From: an uncultured Gemmataceae bacterium | GTDB lineage: Bacteria > Planctomycetota > Planctomycetia > Gemmatales > Gemmataceae | Length of the DNA stretch: 64,000 bases | Assembly (NCBI GenBank): GCA_963750165.1 | Contig: CAVVPN010000001.1 | Location: forward strand, 256,001-320,000 | Reading direction: 5' to 3' | Shown: piece after piece, positions 21,700-33,977 of the stretch | Position numbering within the stretch: the first letter of the stretch is position 1 | How the letters are laid out: every line of letters begins with the position of its first letter | The notes under the pieces: model-generated | Told to the model about the DNA's origin: nothing | Seen by the model: only the letters and a program-made list of their open reading frames with translations | Database searches by the model: none | Position numbers and translations under genes: made by a program

Positions 21700-24600
21700 T
21701 CAAAACAGCGTGGCCTGATACGCCTTCTGCCTCTGGCCTGCCGCCACACGTTGCCGGTAATCAATGGACTCGTCTGGCAGGTCCTGCCCCTTGGCCAGGT
21801 CGGGCGCGGGACTCTCAGGCGGGGTGGGCTGTTCGGGGCTGGCCTGTGACGTGGCTGCGGGCAACGCGGTCGCCACCGGCGGTGAGGCGTCCGCACTCTC
21901 CTCGCTCGCGCTCCGGAGTGGCGGGTCGGGAGTGATCGCAGGCCCGGTTGCGGGGACTGCCTCGGTTCGGCGACGGATGCGCACCGTCACTGGCTCTTCG
22001 GCCGACGCGACCCGCTGGCCCGTCCGCTGGGGGGCGGCCTCGACCACATTCCCGGTTCGGAGTGACTTGATCCGCTCCGCCAGTTCGGCGACCGTTGGCC
22101 CTCCTTCCTGTTGCGCCCCGGACAGCCCCACCTTAAGCTGGTCACGCAGCGCGGCCAATTCGTCCAGGTACGCCTCGTGCAAAAACGGCTTGCCCAGCCG
22201 GGCCTGAAAATCCCGTAGCTGGTTCTCGGCCACTTCCAGTTCCTGGCGGGTGCGGTTGCAGACCATCTCATACCCATTGGCCAGCCGCTCCACGGCGTTC
22301 AATATGGCCTTCGGGCCGTGGTGGTCCCGCGATAAGCCGTCTTGCCGGATACCCGCTCCTTCCAGGTAGACTTCCGGTGCCCAATTCGGATGCAGGATGA
22401 TGCCGAACTGAAGGCCGCGATACAGGCCCAACGGGCAGCGCCGCGTCTGGCCGATCATCCTCGGCAAGGCATCCAGGCTTTCGCCCAAAGCCGCCAATAA
22501 CTCTTCCCGAAGGGGCTTGCGGTTGCCGATGGTGATGGGGTCGCGGGCGTGGGCCTCGGCGGTGGCCTTGTCCTCGGTGAGTGCGGCCCATCGTTTCTTC
22601 AACCGCTCGATGTCCTCGGGCAAGTTCTTCACGTTCCTGCGGGCCATGTATTGCTCGTCCATCCAGCTTTTCTTCACGATGGCCAGCCGTTGCAGTTCCG
22701 CATCGGCCTCGGCCAGCGTCAGCACCGCCGGGTTGCCGGAGGCAATGGCCTTCACCTCGGCGTAGGAAAGTTCCTGACCGCCGATGTCCTCGGCGCGGCG
22801 CAAACCGCTTTCCCCCTTCATGATCTGGTTGATGAATTTCGCCTTGGTTTCGAGGGCCTGCCACATGAACGAATCGAAAGACCCGGTGGTGACGTAGCGG
22901 TAGATCGCCACTTCCTTATTTTCGTTGCCCTGGCGAAGAATGCGGCCTTCGCGCTGTTCCACCTCGGCCGGCTTCCACGGGGCGTCGAGTTCGTGCAGGG
23001 CAATGAGTCGCTTCTGGACATTGGTGCCCATGCCCATTTTCTGGGTGCTGCCGAGCAAGACGCGGACCTGGCCGCTCCTGACCATCTCGAACAGCACCCG
23101 TTTTTTGGCGTCGGAATCGGCCTCACCGATGGTGGCGATCTGCTCCGGCGGGATGCCGCGGGCGGTCAGTTTCGCAACGATTTCGTCGTAGGCCGAATAG
23201 CCCCAGGCGGCGGTCGGATGCACGCCCATGTCGCAGAAAATCATTTGCGTGCCGCGTTTCGCCGCCGTGCGTTGCCAGATGGAAAAGACATTATCGATCA
23301 GGGCGTTCATCTTGGAATCCGGGTAATCGGGGGCGGCGGGGGACAGCATCCTGGCGTCGAGGGCCAGTTTGCGGCCGTCGGTGGTGATGGCCAGGGCGTT
23401 GTCTTCCCGGGGATCAACTTTCTGTGAACGCAGCCGTTCATAGCGGTTGACCAATTCATCCTGGATGGCGTGCTGCTCCTCGGACATCGGGCAGGCGATG
23501 ACGATAGGCTTGCCCGTTTCCAGCCGGGGCGTGGGCAGGTTGAGCATGTCCGCCGTCTGCACGTCGCTGAACTTGCGGAACATCTGCTGAAGCTCCGGGA
23601 GGTTCTGGAAACGGGCAAAGCGGCTGCGCGGCTTCAGGGTTTTCCCGTCCGGGCTGATCTCCATCGACTCCACCACTTCCCCGAAGGTGGCGGCCCAGCC
23701 GTCGAAATGCTCGATGCCGCGGCTCCGCAGCCCTTCGGGGTCGAGAAAGCGTTGGAGGGTGTACATTTCCACGAGGGTATTGCTGATGGGCGTGCCGGTG
23801 GCGAAGGTGATGCCGTGGCCGGGGTGCTGTTGATGCAGGTAGCGGGCCTTCATGTACAAATCGAACGCCCGCTCGCTACCGCCGGTCTGGATGCCGGCGA
23901 CGCGCTCCATCTTGGTCGGCGTCTCCAGGTTCTTGAAGGACATGGCCGATTCATCGACGAAGATATGGTCCACCGCCAGTTCGTCAAATACCAGCCCGTC
24001 GTCCTTCTTGTCCTCGGCCAGCAGGTCTTTCAGCTTTTCCTCCCGCGCGGCCTTCTGCTTCTCGATGGTCTTGATGAGATTACGATTGGAACCCTTGGTG
24101 CCGGCGTGTTCCAGCAAGAGGTCGTTGTATTCCTCGATCTGCTCGCGGAGGAATTGCTCCTGGTATTTCCGCGACATGCCGATGCGCTCAAAACTGCTGT
24201 GCGTCACGATGATGGCATCCCAGTCGCCGGTGGCAATCTTAGCGGTCAGGTGCTTGCGGCGTTCCTTGGTGAAATCCTCCTTGGAGGCCACCAGCAATTT
24301 GGCATTGGGATAGAGATGCTGAAACTCCCGGGCGAATTGCTCCAGGAGGTGGTTGGCCACGGCGATGATCGGCTTTTTGATGAGCCCGGCTTGCTTCATT
24401 TTCATGGCCGCGGCCGCCATTGAATAGGTCTTGCCGGCCCCGACGCAATGGGCCAGCAGCGTGTTGCCGCCGCTCATGCAGCGCCAGATGGCGTCCTTCT
24501 GGTGCTGCCGCAACTGAATGGTCTGGTTCATCCCGGGGAAATCGAGGTGCGAGCCGTCGAACAGCCGGGGCCGCAAGTTATTATAAAGATCGTTATAGGT

Positions 24601-26882
24601 GCGAACCAGCCGCTCGGTTCTCTCTGGATCGGCGAACACCCAGGAGCGGAATTTCTCCTTGATGAGCTTCTGTTTCTCCTTGGCGGCGAGGGTCTGCTCC
24701 TGGTTGACCACGCGCTTGTCGGGGTCATCGGGATCGGGGTCGTAAATCGTCGGCGTCTTCAGGTTGAGCGCCAGTTCCAAAAGCCAGGTGCCGTTGGCCC
24801 GCTGCGTGCCGTAATCGGCAGTCGCGGCAACGGAACGGCTCGCGGCATAATCGGGGATGACGGCCCATACGGCGTCTTTCTCCAGGTGCTCGATCTGCAC
24901 GGAATTCGGCTCGGTCTGGAACAGGTGAGCGGCGAACGCCTGGATGTCGGAAGGCGGTATCCACGGCGCGCCGAGGTTGGCGTCGATGTCGCCGGGCAGC
25001 ACGTCCTCGGGCTGGACAGCCCGGAGTTTGTCGGCGTTCCTGACGTAGTCCGGCCCCGCTTTCTCAGCGGCGGCGAGTTTCGCCCGCACGTTGCCGGACA
25101 GGTATTCGTCGGCCGTCTGCCAGGTCTTGGACTCGGGATCGCGGTACATCAGGTCGCCCAATTCGGCGATGATCTTTTCCTCGGGCCGGCCGTACAATTC
25201 AGCGATCAAGGGCAAATCAACCATGCCGCGCTGGTTGAGGGAGACGAGCAGCCCTTCCTCGGCGTTCCTTACCGACGTGATGGGCGGTTTCTTGCCCACC
25301 ACGTCCTTCTGCATGATGGCCGCTTTCGCGGCTTTGCCGGTCGCCTCGTCGTACTCTTCGAGCGACATAACCAGCATGGCGTCGGGGTCTTCGCGGAACT
25401 TGACCAGGTTGGGCATACGCCGAATCAGGCTGCCGTCCTTGGTCTCGCCAAAGGTGGTCTTGTTGATCGGGCCGTAGGCGAGGGCGAAGCGGTCGTAAGC
25501 CCAGTTCAGTTCCCTGCGGGCCTCCACGCGCAGGGGCTCGGGCCAGCCTTCATTCTGGGATTGCAGCACGCGGCGGGCGCGGTCACGCAGGCCGACCAGG
25601 GCGGCCAGGCGCTTGCCGGTCATGTTGCCGTAGCCCGTCAAGGTACTGCCGCCGTAATGGACGGGGGTCGATTGCCCGTCCAGGATTTGGTAAAGACCGC
25701 GGTTTTCGCCTACGAAAAAACTGCCTTCGCTGAGGTGCGGCTGGGGTGGCGGCGGCGTAAAGGGTAATGCCGGCGGTTCCTGCGCGGACAGTGCAAGCAC
25801 AGGAGCCGATTCCGGCAAATGGCGGATGGCGTCTCGAAGCTGCTCGGCCAGGTTGCCGTTGGAAAGAACGCTGTACCCTTCCGTTCCATAGAGCGTGTCC
25901 TTGCGGCTCCAGTGGCCCAGGACCATCTGCGGGTGGTGCAGAAAGTAGTTATTGATGGACACCTCGGCCCCGTCGATGGCCAGCGGGGCAACGCCCAGCC
26001 AGTCGGGGTCGGCGTGCTGTGCTGGCTCGCCGGCGGCACGCTTGCGCAGGAACACGATGTCGGTGACAACGGCCGTGCCTTCGCGTTTGAAGGCGTCGGA
26101 GGGGAGGCGGATCGCCCCGAGGAAATCGGCCCGCTCGGCAAGGTACTCGCGGATCGCGCCGTTTTGTTTGTCCAGGGTGAAATGGCTGGTGACCAGGGCG
26201 AGGACGCCACCGGGTTTCAGGGCATCTACGGATTTAGCGAAGAAATAATCGTGGAGGGAAAACCGCTGGCCGTGGTGGTCGAGCTTCACGTCGGCGAAGG
26301 GGACGTTGCCGATCACGGCGTCGATCCCCGGCAATTTGCTATCGCGGAAATTCTCGATGCGGATGTCCTGGCCGGGGTGCAGCGCCCGGGCGATGCGCCC
26401 CGAAATGCTGTCCAGTTCGACACCGATAAAACGCATGTCTTTTGGGGCAAGATAGATAAACCGACCAGGACCACATCCAGGCTCCAACACCAGGGCATGG
26501 TTGGGCACGCCTAACCGGCTCAGCCCCTCGTACATGGCCTTGATTACGGTCGATGAGGTGTAAAACGCATTGAAGGTGGTGCGCTTGGCACTGGCGTATT
26601 CTTCGGGGGTAAGCAGCGTTTTGAGTTCCTCGCCCAGCGCTTGCCAGCCGTCCTTGTAGCGGCCGGTGACGGGATCGGGGAAGATCGAGAGGGCGACGGG
26701 ACCGAAGCCCCCGAACCGGGCGAGCATTGCCGCTCCTCCGGGGTGGCGGGCCGTTGGTCGCGCTCGATGCTTTTCAAAGTGCGGATGGCAGCCAGGATGT
26801 CCTGGGCTTTTGTCTTTTCCCCTCCGGAAAGGGGAATGAGCGGGTGCGAAGGTAAATCCAAGGTCAATTGGGCGGCTTGCAT
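21700..26882 (-). CDS. DarB-like N6 methyltransferase + SNF2 helicase fusion (apparent 1-bp frameshift near 26727)
   Basis: NAFYT, VLEPGCGPG, IGNVPF, HDYFF, LAHCVGAGKT, FATGTPISN, EQREGRILRQGN. The N-terminal part (AAIRTLKSIE..ATPEERQ) is in another frame from ATG 26882. Confidence 0.88.
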
Positions 26883-27144
26883 GGGCTGATCTCCTGAGGT
26901 TTCCGGCCCCAAGAACGGGGCCTGACGGCACTCAGGAGCATCGGCCGGCCGGGCGCAGCGCACGGCTCAAGCGGAATTACGGAGGGGCCTTCAGGAGGAA
27001 CCGTCATTCTGCTTGAACCGACCGGCGGGCCGATTACAGTGCCGTCGCTCAAGGCCACGGTTGGGGCTGGCGGAGGAGCCGGGGCAGCATCGGCCTGGTC
27101 GATGATTTGGTAAAGCGGGTTGAGCGGCTGGTCGCGAAATGCTC

Positions 27145-27462
27145 TTACGCGGGCGGCGTGTGACGATGGAGGAACGCCATCGCCGCTTCGAGGGAAATCG
27201 GGTCGTCGTCGTCCGGCGGCGAAACGGGTGGCAAACAATCCACCAGTTCCTGGACCGCGTATTCCATCGCTTCGCTGGCGATCTGGCTCGGGTCGCTGCC
27301 CGGCTGCGCCTGGGATAGCTGCTCCTTCCAGGCTTCGTGGCGCGTCTTCAGTTCGACGGCGTAACGCTTCATCGTCGGCAGCAGTAGACGATTCCTCTTC
27401 AGCTGGTCGTGCATCTGCGGCCGCTCTTTCAGGAGTTCGAGAACGATCGTCTGGTAGTGCAT
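27145..27462 (-). CDS. Hypothetical helical protein (possibly TnpV-like)
   Basis: MHYQTIVLELLKERPQMHDQLK...ASEAMEYAVQEL, with GAAGGAGA RBS. Confidence 0.6.
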   Translation of the reverse strand: MHYQTIVLELLKERPQMHDQLKRNRLLLPTMKRYAVELKTRHEAWKEQLSQAQPGSDPSQIASEAMEYAVQELVDCLPPVSPPDDDDPISLEAAMAFLHRHTPPA

Positions 27463-27583
27463 GGCGGTCTCCTTCGGGGGGTGAGGGAACAGGGTTCTGG
27501 TGTTGAGGGCTTTCTGCAGCATCGGGCGATTCTTCCGGGAAGAGAGACAGCCAGGAAGACGGATTGCGGGCCATGGCGGGCGC

Positions 27584-27955
27584 CTAGCGGGAGCGGGCCT
27601 GGTCGTGATGGCCGGAGTGGTGACGGCCCCAGGCGTCGTTGTCGTCGCTGACCGAGACCGGCGGGCGGTTGCCGCGGTGCGGCGGCGAGCCTTTTCCCGC
27701 GTCACGGCCGGACGCATGGCCTTCGGGGTGCTCCTGGTGCCGGTGAAACAGCGCCTTCCAGAGCGTGACGGCGGCCAGTGCCCCGCTGAGGACGGCGGTG
27801 CCGATGAGGGTTATGTCCGCCACTGTCTTGAAGACGACCCGCGCCTTGCCGGGGGCCCGGTTTGCTTGCTGGGCCAGGTCCTGGGCGGCGTCGCGCACCT
27901 GCGCCAGTTCCTGCGGGCCGGGAGGCCGGTGAACGCGGCGTGACCAGTCGCTCAT
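27584..27955 (-). CDS. Hypothetical single-TM protein
   Basis: Hydrophobic ITLIGTAVLSGALAAVTLW segment. Confidence 0.55.
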   Translation of the reverse strand: MSDWSRRVHRPPGPQELAQVRDAAQDLAQQANRAPGKARVVFKTVADITLIGTAVLSGALAAVTLWKALFHRHQEHPEGHASGRDAGKGSPPHRGNRPPVSVSDDNDAWGRHHSGHHDQARSR

Positions 27956-28106
27956 ATGCGAACAAGCCTACGGCCCATGGGTTACCTCCACAAGAAAGGT
28001 TCGTGCGAAGCTATAGACTCTTTGGTGCGAGAAGTAAACGAAGAGTTGCAAAAATATGTGTGGCAGCAACTTGCGCCTGGGAAGAACACGGGACGTTAGA
28101 GGGCGA

Positions 28107-29126
28107 TTAGCAGGCCGGGCGAGCCTCGGGGAAAGGCTCTTCCAACCGGATCGAGATGCGCTCGACGATGTTGCGGGCGACGCGCTTCTGCCGGCGGTCG
28201 TATAAGCGTGTCGTGCGGGGGTCGCTGTGCCCGGCGAGATGCTGAACTTCCTCCAGGGGCACGCCCTGCGTCAAGAGGTCGGTGACGGTGAACACGCGGA
28301 AGGAGTGCGGGGAGAGGCGGGTGGGGAGGCCAGCGTCCTTCAGGCGCCGCTTGACCAGGCGGCAGACATCTACGCCGGTCAGGGGATTGGCGGTCAATTG
28401 GCCGGTCCTGCGGACAGCGGTGCGGAAAAGCGGCGTATCTCCAGGTGAGCCTGCAAGCTGGGCGGCCTTGATGTATTCGAGGACGATGCACTGAAGATCA
28501 TGCCGCACCGGAATTTCCCTCGATTTTCCGCCCTTTTCGTCGAAACGCAGCGTGTATTGGGCGCCATCGTAGGCGAAGTGCTTGAGGCGGAGCTTGGCGA
28601 CCGCCCCGGCGCGGGCGGCCGTGAAGACCAGGACCGCGATGATCGCCCGGTCGCGCAGGCCGACGACGCGGCTGGTGTCAATGGACTGAATCAGCCGCGT
28701 GGCTTGCTGGAGGGTGATCTCGGGCGTCTTGCCCTCGATGACTTCGTACTTCTCGCCGCGAACGCAGGCGGCGGGGTTAATAACCATGAGATGGCGGGTA
28801 ACGAACAGGTTGAACAAGGCACGCAGGGCCGACAGCGCCAGCTTGCGGGTGGGTGGGCTTTTGCCATGCTGGTCGAAATAATCTCCGACCAAGGCCGGGG
28901 TGATTTGCTGAAGGAGAATGTCCTTCGGCAGCCATTGGAAAAACTTGCGGACGGCCCGGCAATAGGCGGCGCGGGTGTGGGGGTTTCGCAGCGTCGCCGA
29001 GAAGAAATCCTGCCAGGCGTGGCGGGCGGGGTTGCCCGCGGCCTCGACGATGGCGGGGAGTACGGATGTGGCAGGTACTCGTGCGGGAGTTACGGGAAGA
29101 GTGACGAGGGCACGGTTGTCGGTCAT
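28107..29126 (-). CDS. Tyrosine recombinase (XerC/D-like)
   Basis: Catalytic set: TAAR, EKGGK, HSFR, AGH, TTRLYD. Confidence 0.93.
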   Translation of the reverse strand: MTDNRALVTLPVTPARVPATSVLPAIVEAAGNPARHAWQDFFSATLRNPHTRAAYCRAVRKFFQWLPKDILLQQITPALVGDYFDQHGKSPPTRKLALSALRALFNLFVTRHLMVINPAACVRGEKYEVIEGKTPEITLQQATRLIQSIDTSRVVGLRDRAIIAVLVFTAARAGAVAKLRLKHFAYDGAQYTLRFDEKGGKSREIPVRHDLQCIVLEYIKAAQLAGSPGDTPLFRTAVRRTGQLTANPLTGVDVCRLVKRRLKDAGLPTRLSPHSFRVFTVTDLLTQGVPLEEVQHLAGHSDPRTTRLYDRRQKRVARNIVERISIRLEEPFPEARPAC

Positions 29127-29203
29127 GGCGGGGCTTTCAAGAATTCTTCCGGATTTTCAACAAGCTGTAAAGCCTGCGGCACAAATGTCAACGGCGGAAT
29201 GCG

Positions 29204-29235
29204 TTAATCAGTTGTTAAGCTGACTGCGCTATACT
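29204..29235 (+). promoter_or_regulatory. CtrA-type box TTAA-N7-TTAA plus -10-like TATACT upstream of the pilin-like gene
   Basis: TTAATCAGTTGTTAA at 29204-29218; TATACT at 29230-29235. Confidence 0.6.
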
Positions 29236-29277
29236 GGTGGTTCAATTCGGCAATCATAACCTCCTTTATCTGGCCTT

Positions 29278-32200
29278 ATGCGCCCAGGCTATTCCGTCGC
29301 CGTTCATAAGAGAGGCTTCACCCTCATCCAGATGTCGATTTTGCTGACCGTGGCGGCGCTCGTCATGGTGTCAGTCCTGCCGGGCCGCGAGGCAGGGGAT
29401 GTCAATCAGAAGACCGTGACCAATATTTACAAGTTGCAGAAGGTCGAGGCAGCGATGCGCGGCTTCATGGCCTTCAACGGACGCAGGCCCTGCCCGGCCG
29501 ACGGGCAGTATGACATCAACGACCATAAATTCGGGCTGGAGGCCGATACTCCCGGCAACTGCACGGACGGAGCGGGCGCCAACGGCATTATCGCGCCGAT
29601 GGGGCCGGACGCGGGGACAAGCCATATCGTCGGCGGCACGATCCCGACCAAGAGCCTGGGCCTTCCCGACGACTACGCCTTCGATGAATACGGCAGGCGC
29701 TTCACCTATGTGGTGGACCAGCGGGCGACAAAGAAAGCATCCTGCGCCGCCCTGGAGGGCATCAGCCTGACCAACACCACCCCCACCGGCACCGGGGGCA
29801 TCAAGATCGAAAGCGCCACCGGTATCACTCCAGAGATAGACGATGTGATGTACGCCTATATCAGCCACGGGCCCAGCGGCCACGGGGCGTTCCCTCCGCA
29901 GGGCTCGGGAGTGGGCGGACGCATCAATAACGGCAGCACCGACCAGGACAAGAATACCAACGCCGGAGCCTCCAACGACGGCAACATGACCTACAGCACC
30001 GCCAATTTCACCAACGTCAAAATCAAAAAAGATAAGACATCGACCTTCGACGACCTGGTCTATTACCGCAGCGACATCAAGAACACCTGCTGCCTCGGCC
30101 CCCAGTGCATTCCCATCGGCTTTAGGATCGACGGGCAGTATGCCGGTACCCAGCTGGGGAATCAGACATGGGTGGGTGGGGGGATATTGTTCGCCGACAT
30201 CAACGGCGACGGCATCCCCGACCTGGTTATCTCCGGCTATAATGCTTACACCGGACATTACGGCGTTTACGTCGTGTTCGGCCAGCACAGTAATTATGTC
30301 TGGCCCGACCCGCTCAACGTTTCGACGCTCGACGGCACCAACGGTTTTTATGCCGATGGCGTCGATTCTTGGGGTACCAATTGGCCCATGCCGATGACGA
30401 CGATGGATTTCAACGGCGACGGCATCGCCGACCTGGTGTTGAGCAATCTCAGTGCCGGAACCTACATACTGTTCGGCCAGGCGACGCCCTTTCCTGCCAC
30501 GTTCAGCCTGAACACACTCAGCGACGTGACCAACCCGAAGGGAATGACCATCAGCGGCGTCGCCAATAACAATTCGGGTGGCCTGATCGCCGTGGGTGAC
30601 ATCAACGGCGACGGCATCGACGATTTAGTAATTTCAAATACGAATCAGGCCGGGGCTGATTATCAGCGCGGCCAGGCCTATGTCATTTTCGGTATGCACA
30701 ACCCCCCGGCTACTTTCTCGCTCTATTCGCTTTTTCCCGGTTTTACCCCGCCCGCCAACAGCTACGCCACCTTTACCACGGTTCCGTTCACCGTGACGGC
30801 CGGTTCCCATACCATAAGCTTCATCCAATACGCTTTTCTTTATTCAAATTCCTATATCGATAATGTAGTGATCAACGGCAGCGCCACGCAATTCACCGAT
30901 CCGGGGTTCGAGACGCCGGCGCAGGGAAACGGCAATGCCACTAACTGCCCCGTCGCCGGGTCGGCCTGGACATTCTCTCCTTGTGACGGAGGTAGTTACT
31001 CTGGAGGGTTGATAGGCAACGGAGGAGTCTGGTGGTCAGGAGGGATTCCCAATGCGCCGGAAGGCAATCAGGCGGCTTTTCTTATCGACGGCAACATCGT
31101 CAGCCAGGCTGTCACCCTGGCTGCAGGCACATACACCGTTTCCTTCGACGCTCTCGCCCCGTCGGGCGGCACCATCGCCGTGAGCGTGGACGGGCAGATT
31201 CTCAATAACACCAACGGCAATCTCGGCTTCATCCTGGAAGGCAGTCTTTTCCGCGGCGGCCTGGCGCGGGCGGGACCATGGGCGATTTCAACGGCGACGG
31301 AATCAAAGATCTGCTGGTCACGGCAAACAATCCTCCAGGCGGCGCCAATGCGGGGGGAGGAGCCTATATCGTGTGGGGGCATCCTCCCGGCTATAGCTGG
31401 CCCGCTTATCTCTATAGCGAATCCCTTGTCTCCACCGGCACGCTGGCTACTTCCACCGGCGTTTCGCTTAACGGTAACGACATAAGAGGTGCACAACCCT
31501 ACGGGGGGCTTGCCTTTGATTTCAACGACGACGGCATCAGCGATGCCTTTGTATGGGACCCCAATTCGGGTTGCAGCGGCGGCGGTGGGGGGCCTGCCAG
31601 CTTTTTGCTCCTCTACGGCAAATCCATGGCTTCCTGGAATTCCAACTCGGTCAATGTCGATCCGGCATCTTTCAACGGAACGAACGGATCGTATTTCGGT
31701 TGCAGTTTCGGGATCGGGGTCGCCTTCAACGGCGACGCCGCCGCCGCCGATGTCAATGGCGACGGCAAGAAGGACTTCGTTACAGGGCTGAGTTGGTTGG
31801 GTGGGGTGAATGGCGTATCGGTGTATTACAACCAGAATGGCGGAACCTGGCCGGCAGATTCCGATCCTCTCTCGGAGATCAACGGCACCAATGGGTATAT
31901 CTTCAACGCAGGCATTCCCGTATACACTATTTATGATTGGAGTTATATTCCAGGATTTGCCACAGGAGACATCAACCACGATAGCAAAGCCGACGTTGCG
32001 CTGGGGATTCCTAATGCCGCGCCCAACGGCGCCAATTCCGGCGAGGCGTTTGTGATCTTCGGGGCGAGCACCCCGTTCCCCAACAACGGCGTCATCACGC
32101 CCAACTACTTAAACGGCACTACCGGCATCGTCATTCCCGGCGTCAATGCCGGTGACCTTTTCGGTTCGCAGATCGCCATCGGCGACATCAACAACGACAC

Positions 32201-32341
32201 CAAGCCCGACCTCGCCATCTGCGCGCCGGCGCTTCGCCCAACGACGGGGTGGCCGGCGGCGGAGCGGGCGCGGGGTCGTGCTACGTCCTCTGGGGGCACG
32301 CGAATCCCTGGGTTTCACCCCTCGATATCAGCGGGCTGTAA
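29278..32341 (+). CDS. Prepilin-signal (type IV pilin/T2SS pseudopilin-like) protein with FG-GAP repeats; two apparent 1-bp frameshifts (about 31263 and 32228)
   Basis: KRG|FTLIQMSILLTVAALV class III signal; repeated (G/A)D(I/F/V)NGDGxxDL and YVIFG motifs. Adding one G at each site gives one ORF ending ..GSCYVLWGHANPWVSPLDISGL, stop at 32341. Confidence 0.8.
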
Positions 32342-32355
32342 CGCGAACTTAGAGC

Positions 32356-33810
32356 GTACTTGATTAGCGGGTTCCCTGTGCGATTCTGTCGCTCTTGCTA
32401 TTCTATCCGCGATGACTGGACCTTCCCCCAGCTATGAGGAACTGGTGCTGCTCGTACAGCAGCAGCACGGGCAGATCGAGGCGCTGACCGCCGAGGTCGC
32501 GCGCCTTCGCACGGAACTCGAGGAGGCGCATCGCGCCTCCAAGCGTCAGGCCGCCCCTTTTCGCAAAGGGCCGCCCAAGCCCAACCCCAAGCGCTCCGGG
32601 CGCAAAGCGGGCGACCAGCACGGCCCCCACGGCCATCGGCCCCCACCCGAGCAGATCGACGAGGTCCACGAAGCCTGTCTGCCCGGCGCCTGCCCGCATT
32701 GCGCGGGGACCTGATCGAGACCGACCTGGCCCAGCAGTTCCAGACCGAGATCCCACGCCGGCCGATCCGCCGACAGTTCAACGTCCACATCGGCCAGTGT
32801 CGAGGGTGTGGCCGCCGGGTCCAGGGCCGCCACCCGCTGCAGACCTCCGACGCCCTGGGGGCCGCCGCCAGCCAGGTCGGCCCCGACGCGCAAGCCGCCG
32901 TGGTCGAGTTGAACAAGCAGGCGGGCCTGTCGCACGGCAAGGTCGCTGGCGTGCTGGGACGGCTGTTCGGCATCGACCTGACGCCGGGGGCCAGCACGCA
33001 GATCGTGCTGCGGGCGGCCGAACGCCTGGCGCCGGCCTACCAGGAGCTCCGAGCGGCGACGGCCGCCGCGGAGCGGTTGTCGGTGGACGAGACGGGCTGG
33101 CGGGTGGGCGGCGCGCCGGCCTGGCTGCACGCCTGGGTGAGTGAGCAGGCGACCTGCTATCAGGTGGACGAGCGGCGCAGCGCCAACGCGCTGGAGGGCG
33201 TGATCGGGATCGACTGGGACGGGGTGTTGGTCCACGACGGCTTCTCCTCGTACGGCCGCTTCACCGCGGCGCTGCACCAGCAGTGCGTGCCGCATTTGCT
33301 GCGCCGCGCACGGGAACTGCTGGAGGGCGCGACGCGCGGGGCGGTGCGCTTCCCGCGCCAGGTGATCGAGCTGTTCACGGGGGCGGTGCATCTGCGGAAC
33401 GAGTACCTGAAAGGCCGGGTGCCGCCGGCCGCGTGGGCGGCTGCGCGCGACGACTACGAACTGCGCCTGCTGCCCTTGCTGTGCGGCCGCCGCGTGGGGG
33501 CGAACCAGACGTTGGCGAATCATATCCATCGTCACTTCGAGGAGTGGTTCCTCTTCCTGACGGACGCGCGCGTGCCGTCGTCGAACTGGGAGGCGGAGCA
33601 GGCGATCCGCCCGGCGGTCGTGAATCGGAAGGTCTGGGGCGGGAACCGAACCGAGTCGGGGGCGCAGGCGCAGGGTGTCTTGAGTTCGGTGTTGCAGACG
33701 TGCAAGAAACAGGCGAAGGCCGCGCTGGACTTCGTCAGCCAAACCTTACGCGCGTTCGGCAACCGCTTGCTCCCTACCCCAGTGCTCATCGGAACCCGCT
33801 AATCAAGTAC
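32356..33810 (+). mobile_element. IS66-family element (single-ORF type) with perfect 20-bp IRs and 9-bp TSD
   Basis: GTACTTGATTAGCGGGTTCC ... GGAACCCGCTAATCAAGTAC; ACTTAGAGC at 32347-32355 and 33811-33819. Confidence 0.95.
32412..33802 (+). CDS. IS66-family transposase (apparent frameshift near 32707)
   Basis: Coiled coil, CPHC..CRGC zinc finger, VDETGW, HDG, SNWEAEQAIRPAVVNRKVWGGNR. Confidence 0.9.
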
Positions 33811-33977
33811 ACTTAGAGCATGGCTTGACAGTACAATAGAAAAGACTACGAGGACATCCCTCAAGTTATTGTCCAGGTCGGGCCGAATGCGTTCGCGGTG
33901 TGGAAACGCCTACTGGCGGGAGACCGGGCACGGCGAAAAGAAAAGAATCAATAATTGTTAAGTAATGACAGGAATGT

